A stretch of DNA of 52,245 nucleotides from Christensenellales bacterium (GTDB lineage Bacteria > Bacillota > Clostridia > Christensenellales > CAG-138), in the NCBI GenBank assembly GCA_045224495.1, contig JBGVAK010000086.1, positions 1 to 52,245 of the forward strand, given 5' to 3'. The notes beneath the pieces are model-generated. The model did not search any database and was not told the origin of the DNA. It saw only the letters and a list, made by a program, of their open reading frames with translations. Shown piece after piece: positions 49,895-52,245 of the stretch. A program made the translations under genes and the position numbers. Positions within the stretch are counted from its first letter, which is position 1, and every line of letters starts with the position of its first letter.

Positions 49895-51901
49895 CTATCG
49901 TGTGGACAGCGCCATAAATAACTTGCTTTCGGTGCAGCGGCGGCGCTTGGCCTCGCTCACGGGTTCAAGTCCCATAACCGGCTCGAAGAAGCCCAGCTCC
50001 TTGAAGATGAGAGCGGCCGCCCGCTCCCCGTCCCGCTCCGGTGCTCTTCCCTCTCGGGCGTACCGCAGCAGCGACAGGTAGATGGGCCGCAGCTCCTCCT
50101 CCGTAGGCCGGAAGGGGAAGAACCGCACGAGGCGCTGGGCATAGCGGTCCAGAGCTTCCGTATCCTGGTCCGCCACAGCCTGCAAAAAAGCAGATTCAAT
50201 TATAGTATACTCCCGGGAAGATTGCAAGCTTTTCCGGGGAGAAAGGCCCAAACAAATGAGCTCACAGACGGACCGTCCTCGAAAATCGTTCCGCTGCAGG
50301 GTACAGACTGCCTCCGCCCGGCCCGTATGGACCCAGCGCTCGTAATCCCCACCCTGGGAGAAGCCCACCATACGGATGCGATCCTCCTGGTCGCTCAGGT
50401 ATCCGGCTACATGTTTTTTTCCCTGCCCCAGGTGTGAAACGCCGGACAGGTCTCCCTGGACCAAAAACTGTGGTTCTGGGTTCCCCTGACCGAAGGGCGC
50501 GAAAGCGCGCAGCTCGTCGCAGAGCTCTACCGTGCATGAGGAAAGGGGCAGCGCTTCCTCGAAGGCAACGCTTTTTGCGGGCGGGCCCTGGGGCCGTTGA
50601 TGAGCATAGGCAGCCCTGAGCAACGTGCGGACAGGCTCTATCTCCTCCGCCCGGAGAGTCAAGCCCGCAGCCCCGGCGTGACCGCCAAAGCGGATATAGT
50701 GATCCTTAGCTTCGGACAACATGGCGTAGAGATCGATCTCCGGGATGCTGCGGGCCGAACCCGTGCAGATCCCCGGTTCCACCTCCGTCAGCAGTATCAC
50801 CGGCTTATAGAACATCTCCACCAGCCTTGCCGCCACGATGCCGACGACGCCTACGTTCCACCCTCGTCCCGACAGCATCAGGAAGCTGTCTGCCTCGCCC
50901 TCGAAAGCCAGGGAGAGGCATTCGGTCATGATGCGCTGCTCCTCGTTCCGGCGGGCCAAGTTGTCCTCCTGCAGGGCCATAGCGAGACGTCTGGCTCGAT
51001 CGGGGTCATCCTCGATCAACAATTGAAAAGCGGTGTCCGCGTTGCCCATACGTCCCGCGGCGTTGAGCCTGGGGGCGATCAAAAAGCCCAGGGTGGTCTC
51101 GGTGACGGGCCCGTCCCCCGCGGCGGCAGCCTCCAGCAGTGCGGCAAGGCCCACCTGTTGGCGAACGAGGGGCAGGCCCCGGGTCACCAGCGCCCGGTTG
51201 CAGCCCATAAGGGACACCACGTCGGCCACCGTGGCCGTGGCCACGAAGGGGAGGTATTCCTCTCCCCCGCCTTCCTCCAGGGCGCAGGCCAGCATCCATG
51301 CTACGCCAGCCCCGCACAGGTCCCCCACCCGCTCCCGGAAGTCGCCCTCGGACACGGACACCAGGGCTTCCGCTTCCGGTATCTCTTCGCCGCTGCGATG
51401 GTGGTCCGTCACCACCACCTGCATGCCCAGGGAGCGGGCCAGGGAGACTTCCCCCAGGGCGGAGATGCCGTTGTCCACAGTGACCAGCATGTCCGTGCCT
51501 GCCTCCGCCAGCATGCGGATGGCATTCTCGTTGAGGCCATACCCCTCCCTGTGCCGGGAAGGGATGTAGCAGCTCACGTCCGCCCCCAGCTTTTTGAGGC
51601 ACCGATACAGGATGGCGGAGGCGCTGATACCGTCAGCGTCATAGTCCCCGTAGACGCAGATCTTTTTCCCGTCCCCAATGGCCTCGAGGATGGTCCCGGC
51701 CGCCTCCTCGATGCCCTTCATCTCCCGCCAGTCGGGCAGGGGCTGTCGCTCGGGGTGCAAAAAGCCCTCGATCTTCTCCGGCGTGTCCATGCCCCGCCGG
51801 AGCAGGGCGCGGACCGCTACGGGCGAAAGGGAAAGCTGGCCGGAGAGACGTTCCACCAGCTGGGGGTCGTATATGGTCAGATCGCTGCAAATGAATTCCA
51901 T
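49895..51901 (-). CDS. recJ: Single-stranded-DNA-specific exonuclease RecJ
   Basis: DHH motifs (YGDYDADG, VTVDNG, VVTDHH) and DHHA1 (GGHAGAAG). Confidence 0.9.
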   Translation of the reverse strand: MEFICSDLTIYDPQLVERLSGQLSLSPVAVRALLRRGMDTPEKIEGFLHPERQPLPDWREMKGIEEAAGTILEAIGDGKKICVYGDYDADGISASAILYRCLKKLGADVSCYIPSRHREGYGLNENAIRMLAEAGTDMLVTVDNGISALGEVSLARSLGMQVVVTDHHRSGEEIPEAEALVSVSEGDFRERVGDLCGAGVAWMLACALEEGGGEEYLPFVATATVADVVSLMGCNRALVTRGLPLVRQQVGLAALLEAAAAGDGPVTETTLGFLIAPRLNAAGRMGNADTAFQLLIEDDPDRARRLAMALQEDNLARRNEEQRIMTECLSLAFEGEADSFLMLSGRGWNVGVVGIVAARLVEMFYKPVILLTEVEPGICTGSARSIPEIDLYAMLSEAKDHYIRFGGHAGAAGLTLRAEEIEPVRTLLRAAYAHQRPQGPPAKSVAFEEALPLSSCTVELCDELRAFAPFGQGNPEPQFLVQGDLSGVSHLGQGKKHVAGYLSDQEDRIRMVGFSQGGDYERWVHTGRAEAVCTLQRNDFRGRSVCELICLGLSPRKSLQSSREYTIIESAFLQAVADQDTEALDRYAQRLVRFFPFRPTEEELRPIYLSLLRYAREGRAPERDGERAAALIFKELGFFEPVMGLEPVSEAKRRRCTESKLFMALSTR

Positions 51902-51914
51902 GGGCTTATTGTAT

Positions 51915-51948
51915 CGAAAAAAGGCTCCTCCCGCAAGAGGGAGGAGCC
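51915..51948 (-). terminator. Intrinsic terminator after ackA
   Basis: Minus strand reads GGCTCCTCCC-tcttgc-GGGAGGAGCC followed by TTTTTT. Confidence 0.85.
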
Positions 51949-51972
51949 CATAGGAAGTGGAATTAAGCAGCC

Positions 51973-52245
51973 TTAGCAGGCCAGCTCGGCGGTGTCGCGG
52001 GCGATGGCCATCTCCTCATCCGTGGGGATGACGAAGACCTTGACCTTGCTCTCGGGCTTGCTGATGCAGATCTCCTCGCCGCGGGGACCGTTGCGGTTGT
52101 AGTCCACATCGGGGATGACGCCCAGGAACTCCATGTTCGCGAGGACTTTCTCGCGGACGCCCTTGTCGTTCTCGCCCACGCCGGCGGTGAACACGATGGC
52201 GTCCACCCCGCCCATGGCGGCGGCATAGGCGCCGATGTACTTCTT
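51973..52245 (-). CDS. ackA: Acetate kinase, C-terminal part (the N-terminus lies beyond the window edge)
   Basis: [26 protein letters not shown]...[14 protein letters not shown]. Confidence 0.85.
   Translation of the reverse strand, partial: KKYIGAYAAAMGGVDAIVFTAGVGENDKGVREKVLANMEFLGVIPDVDYNRNGPRGEEICISKPESKVKVFVIPTDEEMAIARDTAELAC

Noticed and set aside
1-52245. Mobile elements, prophage, CRISPR arrays, tRNA/rRNA genes, and compositional islands.
   Set aside because: - There are no transposase, integrase or Cas-like translations.
- There are no spaced direct repeats and no tRNA-like cloverleaf signatures in the intergenic gaps.
- The only AT-rich stretches are short promoter regions (for example 5340-5580).

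Overview
This is a gene-dense, visibly GC-rich (strong GC3 codon bias) chromosomal segment. It most likely comes from a spore-forming member of the Clostridia (Oscillospirales-like is my guess; sigG is present).

I support about 56 protein-coding genes, one T-box leader RNA, and a set of sigma-A-type promoters and intrinsic terminators. The promoters repeatedly use TATACT as the -10 element. I found no rRNA, tRNA, CRISPR array, transposase, integrase or phage genes.

Most of the window is conserved Firmicutes core synteny:
- ackA / recJ-apt-relA-dtd-MBL-hemZ
- T-box-hisS-aspS-trxA-nifS
- yajC
- plsX-acpP-rnc-smc-ftsY
- clpE-like, recX, nnr, glcK, add, rluA-family, ddh, sigG, rmuC, ttcA

The parts I consider worth a second look:
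1. 731-5446: a seven-gene insert inside an electron-bifurcating [FeFe]-hydrogenase operon, between the NuoE-like and NuoF-like genes. Six of the seven look regulatory: a HydS-type sensory hydrogenase, two GHKL ATPases, two DRTGG proteins and a PHP phosphoesterase. No output regulator is recognisable.
2. 17400-18784: a translationally coupled ThyX-fold / FolD-fold gene pair in which both proteins appear to lack their canonical catalytic motifs.
3. A hisS-aspS T-box whose specifier and acceptor-pairing bulge read as tRNA-Asp rather than tRNA-His.
4. Several genes with no Shine-Dalgarno sequence but a -10 hexamer 6 nt before the ATG, suggesting leaderless mRNAs.

All calls come from reading the sequence and translations by eye. 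No database search was run.
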